From an uncultured bacterium (GTDB lineage: Bacteria; JACRDZ01), in assembly GCA_964457585.1 (NCBI GenBank), contig CAYWFU010000066.1:1-17345 (forward strand): a stretch of DNA of 17,345 nt, in the 5' to 3' direction. Below, in pieces: positions 1 to 9,143 of the stretch; positions within the stretch are counted from its first letter, which is position 1, and each line of letters begins with the position of its first letter. The position numbers and the translations under genes are program-made. The notes below the pieces were generated by a model, which did not search any database, was not told the origin of the DNA, and worked only from the letters and a program-made list of their open reading frames with translations.

Positions 1-191
1 AATATAAATTTAAATATACAAATGCGTTTTTAGGGAATTTGGTTGAAAAATAATTATACTTTTTAACTTTTAAAGAACGTTATAGTATTGTCCCTTGAAT
101 TTCCCCCTTACAATGAATGAATTTTTTAAAGCATTTGGAGCGTAAGACAATAAAACTTAAGTCAAATATGCAATTGCAGTTCAAATATGTC

Positions 192-220
192 TTGACATGA
201 CATAACTTTATTGATATAAA
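192..220 (+). promoter_or_regulatory. Sigma-70-type promoter: TTGACA, 17 nt spacer, TATAAA, ending 6 nt before the ATG at 227 (possible leaderless mRNA)
   Basis: Read directly: TTGACA at 192-197, 17-nt spacer, TATAAA at 215-220, ATG at 227. No Shine-Dalgarno sequence between the -10 element and the ATG. Confidence 0.4.
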
Positions 221-226
221 TCAATT

Positions 227-1456
227 ATGATTATACAGAATAATATTTATATACATAGAGAGATAGAAAAAATATTAAAAAAAGTTAGTATGGATTTTCC
301 AGCAATAGTTTTAACTGGTCCGCGGCAAACGGGTAAATCTACCATACTTAAAAAAATATTTGGTAAAACACATACCTTAATTTCTTTTGATGATCCTCTC
401 ACGCGGGAAAAAGCAATCTCTGACCCGAAATTACTGATTGATGAAGCCGGTGAAAAAATAATTTTTGATGAAATTCAATATGTACCCCAAATTCTTTCTT
501 ATATAAAAATACTTATTGATAACGATCGACGGAAATACGGCCGGTTTATTATAACCGGATCGCAACAGTTCAGCCTTATCAAAAATTTAGGTGATACGTT
601 AGCTGGTAGAGTTGCCTTGCTTGATTTGTTAGCATTTGATCTACGAGAAAAAAGGCAGGTATCTTTTTTAAAGGATAAACTAATTAATTCAGAAAGTGCT
701 TTTATTCATTCCTGTCTCCAAGGTTCATTCCCAGAAATAGTTGTTAATTCGAATATTGATGTCACAACCTGGTATGGAAGTTATATTCAAACCTATTTAG
801 AAAGGGATATACGTACTGTTTATAATATTGGAAGTCTTAGAGAATTTCAACAGTTTATGCGTCTGTTAGCTGCCCGATGCTCTCAGATATTAAATATGAA
901 TAGTTTTGCTAATGATTTAGGTATTAGTGTTAATACCATTAAAAACTGGATTTCGATATTAGAAGCAGGCAGGATTATCTATGTCCTACCACCTTATTAT
1001 AGAAATTTAGGTAAAAGAATTACTAAAAGCCCAAAAATATATTTTTTAGATGTCGGATTAGTTTGCTATCTAACCGGGGTAAAAGATAGGGAGCATTTGT
1101 TGAATGGACCATTGGCCGGTCCATTGTTTGAAAATTTTGTAATTCAGGAGACGGTCAAATATTTTTTTAACAAAGGATTGAGGGCAAATATATTTTATTT
1201 GCGAACGCATAACGATGTAGAAATTGATTTGATTATAGAATCTAATTTAGAGATTTTCCCCTTTGAGATTAAATTAAATAAAACTCCAAATGCAGGTATG
1301 GCATTACCTATAGAGAAATTCAAAAAAATATTTGATAAACTGGCAATTAAACCAGGTAAAATTATTTCTTTAAGTGAAATTAATACAAATTTGACGGAGA
1401 ACGTAGCATCAATAACTCTAGACTCATATTTGACAAGCCTTAAAGATATTGCTTGA
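227..1456 (+). CDS. AAA+ superfamily ATPase, AAA_14/DUF4143 family (COG1373-like)
   Basis: N-terminal P-loop GPRQTGKST about 30 aa from the start, then Walker B-like IIFDEIQY. Length (about 400 aa) and architecture are typical of DUF4143 ATPases. ATG start; the stop overlaps the next gene. Confidence 0.8.
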   Translation: MIIQNNIYIHREIEKILKKVSMDFPAIVLTGPRQTGKSTILKKIFGKTHTLISFDDPLTREKAISDPKLLIDEAGEKIIFDEIQYVPQILSYIKILIDNDRRKYGRFIITGSQQFSLIKNLGDTLAGRVALLDLLAFDLREKRQVSFLKDKLINSESAFIHSCLQGSFPEIVVNSNIDVTTWYGSYIQTYLERDIRTVYNIGSLREFQQFMRLLAARCSQILNMNSFANDLGISVNTIKNWISILEAGRIIYVLPPYYRNLGKRITKSPKIYFLDVGLVCYLTGVKDREHLLNGPLAGPLFENFVIQETVKYFFNKGLRANIFYLRTHNDVEIDLIIESNLEIFPFEIKLNKTPNAGMALPIEKFKKIFDKLAIKPGKIISLSEINTNLTENVASITLDSYLTSLKDIA

Positions 1457-1472
1457 TAGGTTCTGGTGTGTT

Positions 1473-2315
1473 ATGCTTGAAATTAATGAAGTTGAAATAA
1501 AAAGAATTTTAAATCCCACTTATATTGATCTGGGAGAATATGTAATTAATCCTTATATGGGATGTGAATTTTCATGTTTATACTGTTATGTAAGATCAAA
1601 CAGAGTTGTGAGCAAAAAAAATAAATCATGGGGTGAATTCCTTGATATAAGAATTAATGCTCCTTTACTGCTTGAAAAAGAATTACTTATAAAAAAACCA
1701 AAAACAGTATTATTAGGTTCTACTACTGAATGCTTTCAGCCTGCTGAAAATAGATATCATATTACAGAAAAAGTACTGGAAATTTTGAATAAAAATAAAA
1801 TTCATTATGTGATATTGACACGTTCTACATACATATTGAATTATATCAATTTACTAAAAACCGGTTTCTGTAAAAATATTTATTTTACAATAAACGATTT
1901 TTCTCATGATTTCAAAAATAAACTTGAACCAAAAACTCCTTCATTTGAATCAAGACTTGAAGCAGTTAAAAAGCTTATTGAAGAAAATATTACAGTCATT
2001 CCTTATTTTTCTCCAGTACTTCCATTTATTTCTGAATATAATGATATTTTTAAAAAATTGAATTATGTTAAAACTATTGAGTTTGAATGCATTAATTTCA
2101 GACTTAAAAACTTTTCAGAGATTATTAATAAAATCGGTGAAGTTAATTTATCAATAATGGAAAAATATAAAAAAATGGGTGAGGATAGGGTTTTTTATTA
2201 TAGTGTATGGGAAGAGATAAAAAATAAAATAGCATTAAATGCAAAAAATACAGGAATAAACTTTAATATATATATTCACAAATTTGAAGGTTATTTTGAA
2301 AATAAATATAATTAA
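1473..2315 (+). CDS. Radical SAM protein, SPL/DNA-photolyase-like (COG1533 family)
   Basis: CxxxCxxC motif (GCEFSCLYCY) near the N-terminus. Size about 280 aa. The ORF track starts at a TTG at 1449 that overlaps the upstream gene; the ATG at 1473 (MLEINEVE...) is the more likely start. Confidence 0.7.
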   Translation: MLEINEVEIKRILNPTYIDLGEYVINPYMGCEFSCLYCYVRSNRVVSKKNKSWGEFLDIRINAPLLLEKELLIKKPKTVLLGSTTECFQPAENRYHITEKVLEILNKNKIHYVILTRSTYILNYINLLKTGFCKNIYFTINDFSHDFKNKLEPKTPSFESRLEAVKKLIEENITVIPYFSPVLPFISEYNDIFKKLNYVKTIEFECINFRLKNFSEIINKIGEVNLSIMEKYKKMGEDRVFYYSVWEEIKNKIALNAKNTGINFNIYIHKFEGYFENKYN

Positions 2316-2338
2316 TCAATTTCCCAATTTATATTGAT

Positions 2339-2355
2339 TGGCATAAAAAATGCTT
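2339..2355 (+). promoter_or_regulatory. Candidate sigma-54 (-24/-12) promoter TGGCAT-N5-ATGC upstream of the regulator operon
   Basis: TGGCATaaaaaaTGCtt gives the GG-N10-GC spacing of the TGGCAC-N5-TTGC consensus. It lies about 35 nt upstream of the ATG at 2392. An NtrC-type activator is encoded in the downstream operon. Confidence 0.35.
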
Positions 2356-2391
2356 ATTAAAATATTATAAATTTACTTGGGAAAAAATAAA

Positions 2392-2673
2392 ATGATCAAT
2401 ATAAAACAAGAAACATTAATATCAAAAGAAAAAAAAGATAAAAGTGACTTTAATAATATTATTACGGATAAAAAGCAGGTAAATATTGTTAATAAGAATT
2501 GCAAGTCCCTCATAAATACCGAACAATTCAATAAAAAAGCAAATAAATTATTGTCAAGATGGAGTGGTATTCAAATTAATTCATTGGAAGACTGTAAAAA
2601 GCTGAGGAATGAAATGAATGAACTTGTAAGCACTTTTATCTATATTAAACTTGACAATAGGGGAAATATGTAG
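2392..2673 (+). CDS. Small Lys/Asn-rich hypothetical protein (93 aa from the ATG; the ORF track uses a TTG at 2377)
   Basis: Open reading frame only; low-complexity K/N-rich sequence with no recognisable motif. Its position between the sigma-54-like promoter and the receiver gene is the only support. Confidence 0.3.
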   Translation: MINIKQETLISKEKKDKSDFNNIITDKKQVNIVNKNCKSLINTEQFNKKANKLLSRWSGIQINSLEDCKKLRNEMNELVSTFIYIKLDNRGNM

Positions 2674-2836
2674 TTTAATATGAAATATTGCAGTATGGCT
2701 TAATTAAGTTATAATTAATTATTACAAAATTATAGAAAAAAATCCATAGTTTTATGGAATTAATTCTATGATTAATGAACGTTTCATATGTGTATATCCC
2801 CTTAATATATTTGCTCAATTATATTATGTTATTCAA

Positions 2837-3247
2837 ATGAATACCAAGAAACCCATGAAAAAAATCGATAATTTTTCAAAAAACCGTTTATTTAATTTTA
2901 AGGAAATCCTTTTAGTTGATGACGAAGAGGATCTCGGATGGATTTTGCAAAAAGTTTTCAACGATATAGGATATAAATTTATTTTTGCTTCAACGATTAA
3001 AGATGGATTAAAAAAAATTAAAAAATATGAAAATATTGATGTGGCAATAATTGATTTTAAAATAGATAGAGAAAACGGTTTTGATTTTATTAAAAAAGCA
3101 AAAAAAATAAATAGCAAAGTTGAATTTATTATGATATCGGCATTTGGAGATTCAGATATAAAAGAAAAAGCAAAACAATCGGGTATTCAACATTTTTTGG
3201 ATAAACCTATAAAGTTAGAAAAATTATTATACCTGGTAAGGCAGTGA
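2837..3247 (+). CDS. Stand-alone response regulator receiver (CheY-like) domain protein
   Basis: Receiver motifs LLVDDEE ... AIIDFKIDRENG ... IMISAFGD ... K. No output domain. The N-terminal 23 aa of the ORF-track version (start 2768) do not look native; the start is most likely the ATG at 2837 or 2855. Confidence 0.7.
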   Translation: MNTKKPMKKIDNFSKNRLFNFKEILLVDDEEDLGWILQKVFNDIGYKFIFASTIKDGLKKIKKYENIDVAIIDFKIDRENGFDFIKKAKKINSKVEFIMISAFGDSDIKEKAKQSGIQHFLDKPIKLEKLLYLVRQ

Positions 3248-3259
3248 GTCATAAAATTT

Positions 3260-4849
3260 ATGAATGAAACAAATCATACTAATAATCTACCAAAAGGTGA
3301 ATTAAAAAGAGCTGTCGATGCATGGAGATTGGGTTGGGATTCTGTTAATAAGATGTTCTATACCCATGATAATACTTATAAAATTGTAAGAGTGAATAAA
3401 GCATTTGCGAATTTCTTTAACCTTTCTCCAAAAGAAATTATCGGTAAAAAATGTTATGAATTAATTCATGGAACTTGTGATCCAACCGCAAGCTGTCCTT
3501 ATAATAAAATTGTTGAAACCCAAAAACCAATGACCACAGAATTTTTTGAAAAGCATCTTGAAATTCATCTTGAAGTAACAGCATCTCCAATATTCGATTC
3601 TACAGGTATTATAATAGGAAGCACCAATTTTATTACTGATATTACCGAAAGAAAACAGTTTGAAACGAGATTACAAAAAAGTGAAGAACGATTTCGCACT
3701 TCAGTGGATTGTATGCTGGATTGTTTTGGTATTTATTCTGCTATTCGCAACAAAAGCAATAAGATCATAGATTTCAAAATAGATTATGTAAACGATGAAG
3801 CCTGCAAAAACAATTTTATGTCTAAAGAAGAACAAATTGGCAAGAACCTTCTGGAAATACTTCCAGCTCAAAAAAAACTTGGACTTTTTGAAAAATATTG
3901 TCAGGTCGTGGAAACAGGCACCCCTTTGATCGAAGAAAAATTTATTTATGAAGATTATTATAAAGGACGATTTATTTCGAGAATATTTGATATAAGAGCC
4001 GTGAAACTGGGAGATAGTTTTGTTGCTTCATGGAGGGATATTACTGAACGAAAAAAAGCCGAAGAAGAAATAATAAAAGAAAAAAACAGGGTTGAGGAGC
4101 TATTAAATAAGCTGGATATTGCATATAAAAAATTAAAAGAAACACAAAATGAACTTCTCCATCGTGAAAAAATTGCGACAACCGGTGTTCTTGCCGCAGG
4201 TGTAGCACATGAAATAAGAAATCCTCTTGCTATTATTGGCATGACTGTCAATTATCTTGAAAGTAAACTTAAGGAGAATGATCCCAAAAGAGAACTTACT
4301 GAAGCCATAATAAAAAAAGTGGAGAGACTGGATAAAGTAACCAAGGAACTTTCAAATTACGGCCGGACAACAGAACTTAATATAAAAAGACGTAATACTA
4401 ATAAATGTATAAATTTAAATCTATCTCTGATTAAGACTAAATGCAAAGTTCAGGGAATAAAGATAGTAAAAAATTTTTCAAAACTTCCATTGGTTGATAT
4501 TGATGATGAACAGATGGATAAAGTTTTTCTGAATATCCTTGATAATGCAGTACAGGCTATGGGAAAAGGAGGAATATTAACCATTTCAACAAATATGGAT
4601 AAAGAAAATAATATGGTAGTTATAGAAATCAGTAATACCGGACCTTCAATAGAAAATAAATATCTCTCGCATATTTTTGAACCATTTTTCACAGCAAAAA
4701 AAAAGGGTACGGGACTGGGGCTTGCAATTGCTCAGAATGTTGTATTCAGACACAATGGGAAGATTGAAGTTAAAAATAGAACATTGAACAAAAATAAAGG
4801 AGTTAGTTTTGTTATTTGTCTGCCGGTTAACTCTTCTATTAAGGAATAA
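3260..4849 (+). CDS. Cytoplasmic sensor histidine kinase with two PAS domains (HisKA + HATPase_c)
   Basis: H-box AHEIRNPLAII, N-box NILDNAVQAM, G1 ISNTGPSI, G2 GTGLGLAI. Two PAS-like segments. No hydrophobic transmembrane segments. The first PAS is Cys-rich (CYELIHGTCDPTASCPYNK). Confidence 0.85.
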   Translation: MNETNHTNNLPKGELKRAVDAWRLGWDSVNKMFYTHDNTYKIVRVNKAFANFFNLSPKEIIGKKCYELIHGTCDPTASCPYNKIVETQKPMTTEFFEKHLEIHLEVTASPIFDSTGIIIGSTNFITDITERKQFETRLQKSEERFRTSVDCMLDCFGIYSAIRNKSNKIIDFKIDYVNDEACKNNFMSKEEQIGKNLLEILPAQKKLGLFEKYCQVVETGTPLIEEKFIYEDYYKGRFISRIFDIRAVKLGDSFVASWRDITERKKAEEEIIKEKNRVEELLNKLDIAYKKLKETQNELLHREKIATTGVLAAGVAHEIRNPLAIIGMTVNYLESKLKENDPKRELTEAIIKKVERLDKVTKELSNYGRTTELNIKRRNTNKCINLNLSLIKTKCKVQGIKIVKNFSKLPLVDIDDEQMDKVFLNILDNAVQAMGKGGILTISTNMDKENNMVVIEISNTGPSIENKYLSHIFEPFFTAKKKGTGLGLAIAQNVVFRHNGKIEVKNRTLNKNKGVSFVICLPVNSSIKE

Positions 4850-4864
4850 AAAGGAATATAAATA

Positions 4865-6277
4865 ATGGAATATGACAATACATTGACCGGTAATAAAATA
4901 TTAGTCATTGATGATGAAAACGAAATCGGCTGGATATTTTCTAAAATACTTGGTGATGCCGGATATAATATAATTTCCACTACTTCAGGCAAAGAGGGTT
5001 TGAAAAAATTAATTTCGTTTACTCCTGATCTTATTTTTTTGGATCTAAAACTGCCTGATGAAAACGGAATAGATATTTTGAAAAAAATAAAAGAAATAGA
5101 TAGTGAAATCATGGTAATTATGATTACAGCATTTGAAACAATCCATGATGCTGTGGCAGCAATGAAATTAGGAGCTTATGATTATATCCCCAAACCTATT
5201 CCAAATGATAGGTTAAAAATAATTGTTGATCAGGCAATAGAAAAAAAGCATCTATCAAAAAAAGTAGACTTATTGACCAGAGATATCAACGCTCTTGATG
5301 AGATTGTCGGCCAGTCTCCTGCAATTCAAAAAGTATTTAAGCTGATACAGAATGTAGCCCAGCATGATATTAGTGTAATATTAAGAGGGGAAAGCGGAAC
5401 AGGGAAGGAACTTGTTGCAAGAGCAATTCATTCATTAAGCAAAAGAAAGGATAAATTCTTCGTACCTGTTGATTGCGCTACTCTACCCGATACTCTGGTC
5501 GAAAGCGAGCTATTCGGATATGAGAAAGGTGCTTTTACAGGAGCAGACTCGTTAAAAATAGGTAGATTTGAAATGGCAAATGAAGGGACAATATTTTTAG
5601 ATGAAATAGGGAATCTTGCCATGCATATTCAGATAAAGCTTCTTAGAGTACTTCAGGAGGGAACAGTAGAACGTCTGGGAGGGAGAAAGACAAAAAAACT
5701 TGATGTAAGAATAATTAGTGCGACAAACAAAAATTTGGAAGAAGCTCTCGAAACAGGTGAATTCAGAGACGATCTATATCATCGTCTGAATGTTTTTGAA
5801 ATAACTCTTCCGCCTCTTCGGGAAAGAGGGGATGATTTGATAATTCTTTCACAATATTTTTTAAATAAATTTAATAATGAATATAACAAACATGTGGAGG
5901 GATTTTCAGATGAAGTCATGGAAATATTCAGGACTTACTCGTGGCCCGGAAATGTAAGAGAATTAGGAAATACCATAAGAGCCAGTATTATTCTGGCTAA
6001 AGACAAAATCATGGTAAATAATCTTCCTGCAAGAATAAGATTAAATCTTGAAATTCACAAAAATAAAATTATCCCTGATATTAATATTAAAGAAAAATTA
6101 GATGTAATGACTTTAAAAAGTATTAAAAAAAATGTTGTTCAAAATATGGAAAAACAAATTATAGAGCAAGTTTTAAGTGATGTAAACTGGAACAAGACGA
6201 AGGCAAGCAAAATACTTGATATTGATTATAAAAGCCTTTATAACAAAATCAAACAATATAACATAGCCAAATCATAG
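4865..6277 (+). CDS. Sigma-54-dependent transcriptional activator, NtrC family (receiver + AAA+ sigma-54 interaction domain + Fis-type HTH)
   Basis: Receiver domain (LVIDDENE ... FLDLKLPD). Walker A GESGTGKE, GAFTGA motif (EKGAFTGAD), Walker B IFLDEIG, arginine finger region. C-terminal HTH (KTKASKILDIDYKSLYNKIKQY). Good Shine-Dalgarno sequence (aaagga) upstream. Confidence 0.9.
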   Translation: MEYDNTLTGNKILVIDDENEIGWIFSKILGDAGYNIISTTSGKEGLKKLISFTPDLIFLDLKLPDENGIDILKKIKEIDSEIMVIMITAFETIHDAVAAMKLGAYDYIPKPIPNDRLKIIVDQAIEKKHLSKKVDLLTRDINALDEIVGQSPAIQKVFKLIQNVAQHDISVILRGESGTGKELVARAIHSLSKRKDKFFVPVDCATLPDTLVESELFGYEKGAFTGADSLKIGRFEMANEGTIFLDEIGNLAMHIQIKLLRVLQEGTVERLGGRKTKKLDVRIISATNKNLEEALETGEFRDDLYHRLNVFEITLPPLRERGDDLIILSQYFLNKFNNEYNKHVEGFSDEVMEIFRTYSWPGNVRELGNTIRASIILAKDKIMVNNLPARIRLNLEIHKNKIIPDINIKEKLDVMTLKSIKKNVVQNMEKQIIEQVLSDVNWNKTKASKILDIDYKSLYNKIKQYNIAKS

Positions 6278-7492
6278 TCAATACTCTTTAAACTCAAATC
6301 CTTTTTCTACAAAAATTTTAATGCATATATCTACTATGTCAGGATCATAAAGAATACCTTTATTTTTTTTAATTTCTTCCAGAGCTTTATCTATCCCCAG
6401 AGCAGGTCTATATGGTCTGTAAAAACACATTGCTTCAACAACATCAGCTACAGATAATATTCTTGCTTCAAGAATAATATTATCTCCTCGTAAACTATTC
6501 GGATATCCTGTTCCATTAATTCTTTCGTGATGTTGAAGTACGATTTTTGCAATAGGCCATGGGAATTCTATTGATTTCAAAATATCATAACCACATTGGG
6601 AATGACTTTTAATCAAATTATATTCCACTTCAGTTATCTTCCCCGGTTTACTTAGAATTTCAGACGGAATAGATAATTTTCCAAGATCATGTATGGATCC
6701 AGACATAATAACTGAATCGCTTTGATCCTTATTCAATTTCATTTCTTTTGCTATAACTCCGGCAAGATCGGATACACGCCATTGATGGATGGCTGTATAA
6801 GGATCTTTAACCTGTATTGTCAGGGATATAGCATGAATAATTCCCAATACGCTTTTTCTCTCCCTCAATATTTTGAAGTTTTCTTTCAATTTCTTTTCGT
6901 TTTTTCTCACCTCATTTTCAGCCTGATTTTCTTTAACTGCCATACCAATTATATATCCCAATTCCTCAAGCGAGTTTATCATTTCTAATGTAAATAGATC
7001 ACGTCTTTTATCAGTAACATGCAATAGCCCTATATTTTTATTGTTTACCTTAACAGGTATTAAAGCCATAGATTCATATCCAAATTTAATACATTCATCA
7101 CGAGGATTTATTCCTCTTGAGGTTTTATCCGCAGAAATAAAAAATTCGGTCATGCAATTAGACCAGAAACTGCCTTCTTCGGTAAAAAAATCTTTATTCA
7201 AATCAATTGATTTATTTATAATATTTCCGCATAAACATGCTAAAGCAGTATGCTCGGATGAATTATTATCATAATTTGTACATAGATAATTCTCAGATTT
7301 TATAAATTTATCGGGAAAGCCGCTATTAACAAAAAAAGGATAATCATCAGATTGTTTTAATCTTAATGCAACCGCTTCGCAATCAAGATATTCTTTTATT
7401 AATGCAATCCATTTTATACACATTTCCTCTAATGTTGCATATTGATGAAAAGTTTTTAATATATCAAACTTCAATATTTGTATTTTTTCCAT
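6278..7492 (-). CDS. GAF domain / HD-GYP domain protein (putative c-di-GMP phosphodiesterase)
   Basis: C-terminal HD-GYP signature HHERINGTGYP with upstream HDxGK (IHDLGK). The N-terminal about 200 aa have a GAF-like profile (ALIPVKVNNKNIGLLHV...). Its stop codon abuts the stop of the convergent NtrC gene. Confidence 0.8.
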   Translation of the reverse strand: MEKIQILKFDILKTFHQYATLEEMCIKWIALIKEYLDCEAVALRLKQSDDYPFFVNSGFPDKFIKSENYLCTNYDNNSSEHTALACLCGNIINKSIDLNKDFFTEEGSFWSNCMTEFFISADKTSRGINPRDECIKFGYESMALIPVKVNNKNIGLLHVTDKRRDLFTLEMINSLEELGYIIGMAVKENQAENEVRKNEKKLKENFKILRERKSVLGIIHAISLTIQVKDPYTAIHQWRVSDLAGVIAKEMKLNKDQSDSVIMSGSIHDLGKLSIPSEILSKPGKITEVEYNLIKSHSQCGYDILKSIEFPWPIAKIVLQHHERINGTGYPNSLRGDNIILEARILSVADVVEAMCFYRPYRPALGIDKALEEIKKNKGILYDPDIVDICIKIFVEKGFEFKEY

Positions 7493-7500
7493 CAGTTCCC

Positions 7501-8409
7501 CTATTCCAGGATAAATAATAACGGATTTTTTGCTTCTCCGTTTACATGAACTTCATAATGAAGATGAGGTGCAGTACTCATACCGGTATTCCCCAATAAA
7601 GATATTACTTCATTGCGCTTTACGGGTTGCCCCTCTTTAACCAATAAAAAAGAATTATGTGCATATAAAGTTTGAAATCCATAACCATGCTTGACAATTA
7701 CAACCTTACCATAATCTCTATCCCACCCCGAAAATAAAACAATACCATCTGCAGTTACCTTTACAGGCATACCGAGCTCTTGTGCAATATCCAGTCCTTT
7801 ATGAAAAGTTATTTTACCTGTGAAAGGTGAAATACGATAACCAAAATCTGAAGTTATATATCCTATCAATGGCCATACAGACGGGATTAAATTAGATGAT
7901 ATATCTCTTTTACCAAGAAAATTTATTAAATTTAAGATATCTTCTTTATAAACATTATGTTTATTCCATTGTTCCTGATTAATCCATACAGTTTTATTTA
8001 AATATTTATTTAACAAATTGCTATCTGAATTTATATTGAATGCTAATTCGATTCCGCCTTTTCCATTTAAGTTAAAATCTGTTTTATTATTCATAGAATT
8101 TTTTTTAAAAATTCTATTATCAATCAAGCATGTTATAATTTTATTATTTATGTTACTAATTTTGTTTTTACTTTTATTTATGCTATTACAAAGAACATCA
8201 TTTTTTTTAATAAAATCTTCGTTTATAAGCTTGAGTTTTATAAATTCCATCTTATTTTTATAATAATCCAGAAAAAATATTGTCTGGCAAAAACATATTA
8301 AAATTAATGATATAATAAAAAATTTTATTATTTTTTTTGAAAAATAATATTTTCTGCATGTACCATTTTTAATATTTAACGATAAAAGCGTAATGGAAGT
8401 TAATTTCAT
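7501..8409 (-). CDS. M23/LytM family metallopeptidase with N-terminal membrane anchor
   Basis: M23 motifs HKGLDIA ... ADG ... YG ... HGYG ... YAHNS ... GNTGMSTAPHLHYEV. Hydrophobic N-terminal segment. Confidence 0.8.
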   Translation of the reverse strand: MKLTSITLLSLNIKNGTCRKYYFSKKIIKFFIISLILICFCQTIFFLDYYKNKMEFIKLKLINEDFIKKNDVLCNSINKSKNKISNINNKIITCLIDNRIFKKNSMNNKTDFNLNGKGGIELAFNINSDSNLLNKYLNKTVWINQEQWNKHNVYKEDILNLINFLGKRDISSNLIPSVWPLIGYITSDFGYRISPFTGKITFHKGLDIAQELGMPVKVTADGIVLFSGWDRDYGKVVIVKHGYGFQTLYAHNSFLLVKEGQPVKRNEVISLLGNTGMSTAPHLHYEVHVNGEAKNPLLFILE

Positions 8410-8442
8410 TTAATATTCTCCTGCCAATCGGGATTAATTTAT

Positions 8443-9129
8443 TTATTTAATTTCGATTTTTGAAATCATGTATTCTCTTAGTTTTTCAATTTCTTCAGCA
8501 TTTTTGTCATAAAAAGGAATGAGTGTGTGGTATGTGCTTATTTTATTAATATCTTTCACTTCAACAATTTTGATATCTTCCGGAAGCCATTCTTTTATTC
8601 TGTGATGAGCACCTATAAAAGCTATTCCTGTTTCGTTTTCATTTAAAGTTTTGGTTATTACTTGAGCAATAAATTTATCTCTTTTTGTTAAAAGTTTATT
8701 TTTAACAAATTTGTACTTTAGAAATGCAATAATCTTTTTAAGTTTTGATTTCTCCTGTGTTATTGCAACCAGGCTGTCGCGTTCTTTAAGAATCATATTA
8801 TAATCTTCTGTTTTAACCAGGATTGCTCCGCGATTAACAATGTCTTTTAATAAAGAATAGTTTTTGCTTCCTGATTTTACACCCTCTTCAATTATTTTTA
8901 TTCCAATTTCGCCATCTGCTATCATTCCATCCTGATATATTTTTATACCTGATACATTTATCGATTTGAAATAATCTGTAATTACTTCCCAGAATCCAAG
9001 CACAGTATTAAGATGTTTTTCCCATACATCTCCACCTAAATTTGCAATTCCTCTTTTATTAACATCTTCTCCAAGAGAGCCCAGATCAGCGCTTGTATGA
9101 ATAATAGGTACGTAAATAAGTTTTTTCAT
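8443..9129 (-). CDS. Hypothetical protein in the gvp operon (228 aa)
   Basis: Long ORF, tightly spaced (14 nt) after the gvpJ-like gene on the same strand. No motif I can name. It sits where gvpT/gvpU would be in the B. megaterium gene order, but that is a positional inference only. Confidence 0.55.
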   Translation of the reverse strand: MKKLIYVPIIHTSADLGSLGEDVNKRGIANLGGDVWEKHLNTVLGFWEVITDYFKSINVSGIKIYQDGMIADGEIGIKIIEEGVKSGSKNYSLLKDIVNRGAILVKTEDYNMILKERDSLVAITQEKSKLKKIIAFLKYKFVKNKLLTKRDKFIAQVITKTLNENETGIAFIGAHHRIKEWLPEDIKIVEVKDINKISTYHTLIPFYDKNAEEIEKLREYMISKIEIK

Positions 9130-9143
9130 TGTCTTACTCCTAA

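Noticed and set aside
1-191. Possible small RNA or tRNA in the 5' untranslated 190 bp
   Set aside because: No cloverleaf-compatible stems and no conserved tRNA boxes. The sequence is AT-rich spacer without dyad symmetry.
2833-5622. Minus-strand ORFs 2833-3117, 3958-4251, 4450-4692, 4732-5112 and 5428-5622 lying opposite the receiver, HK and NtrC genes
   Set aside because: Each lies entirely antisense to a strongly supported CDS with clear domain motifs. Their products are low-complexity (F/I/S-rich), as expected for the reverse strand of AT-rich coding DNA. No RBS or motif support.
6722-8263. Plus-strand ORFs 6722-6988, 7041-7274 and 8018-8263 inside the HD-GYP and M23 genes
   Set aside because: Shadow ORFs antisense to well-supported genes, with hydrophobic low-complexity translations.
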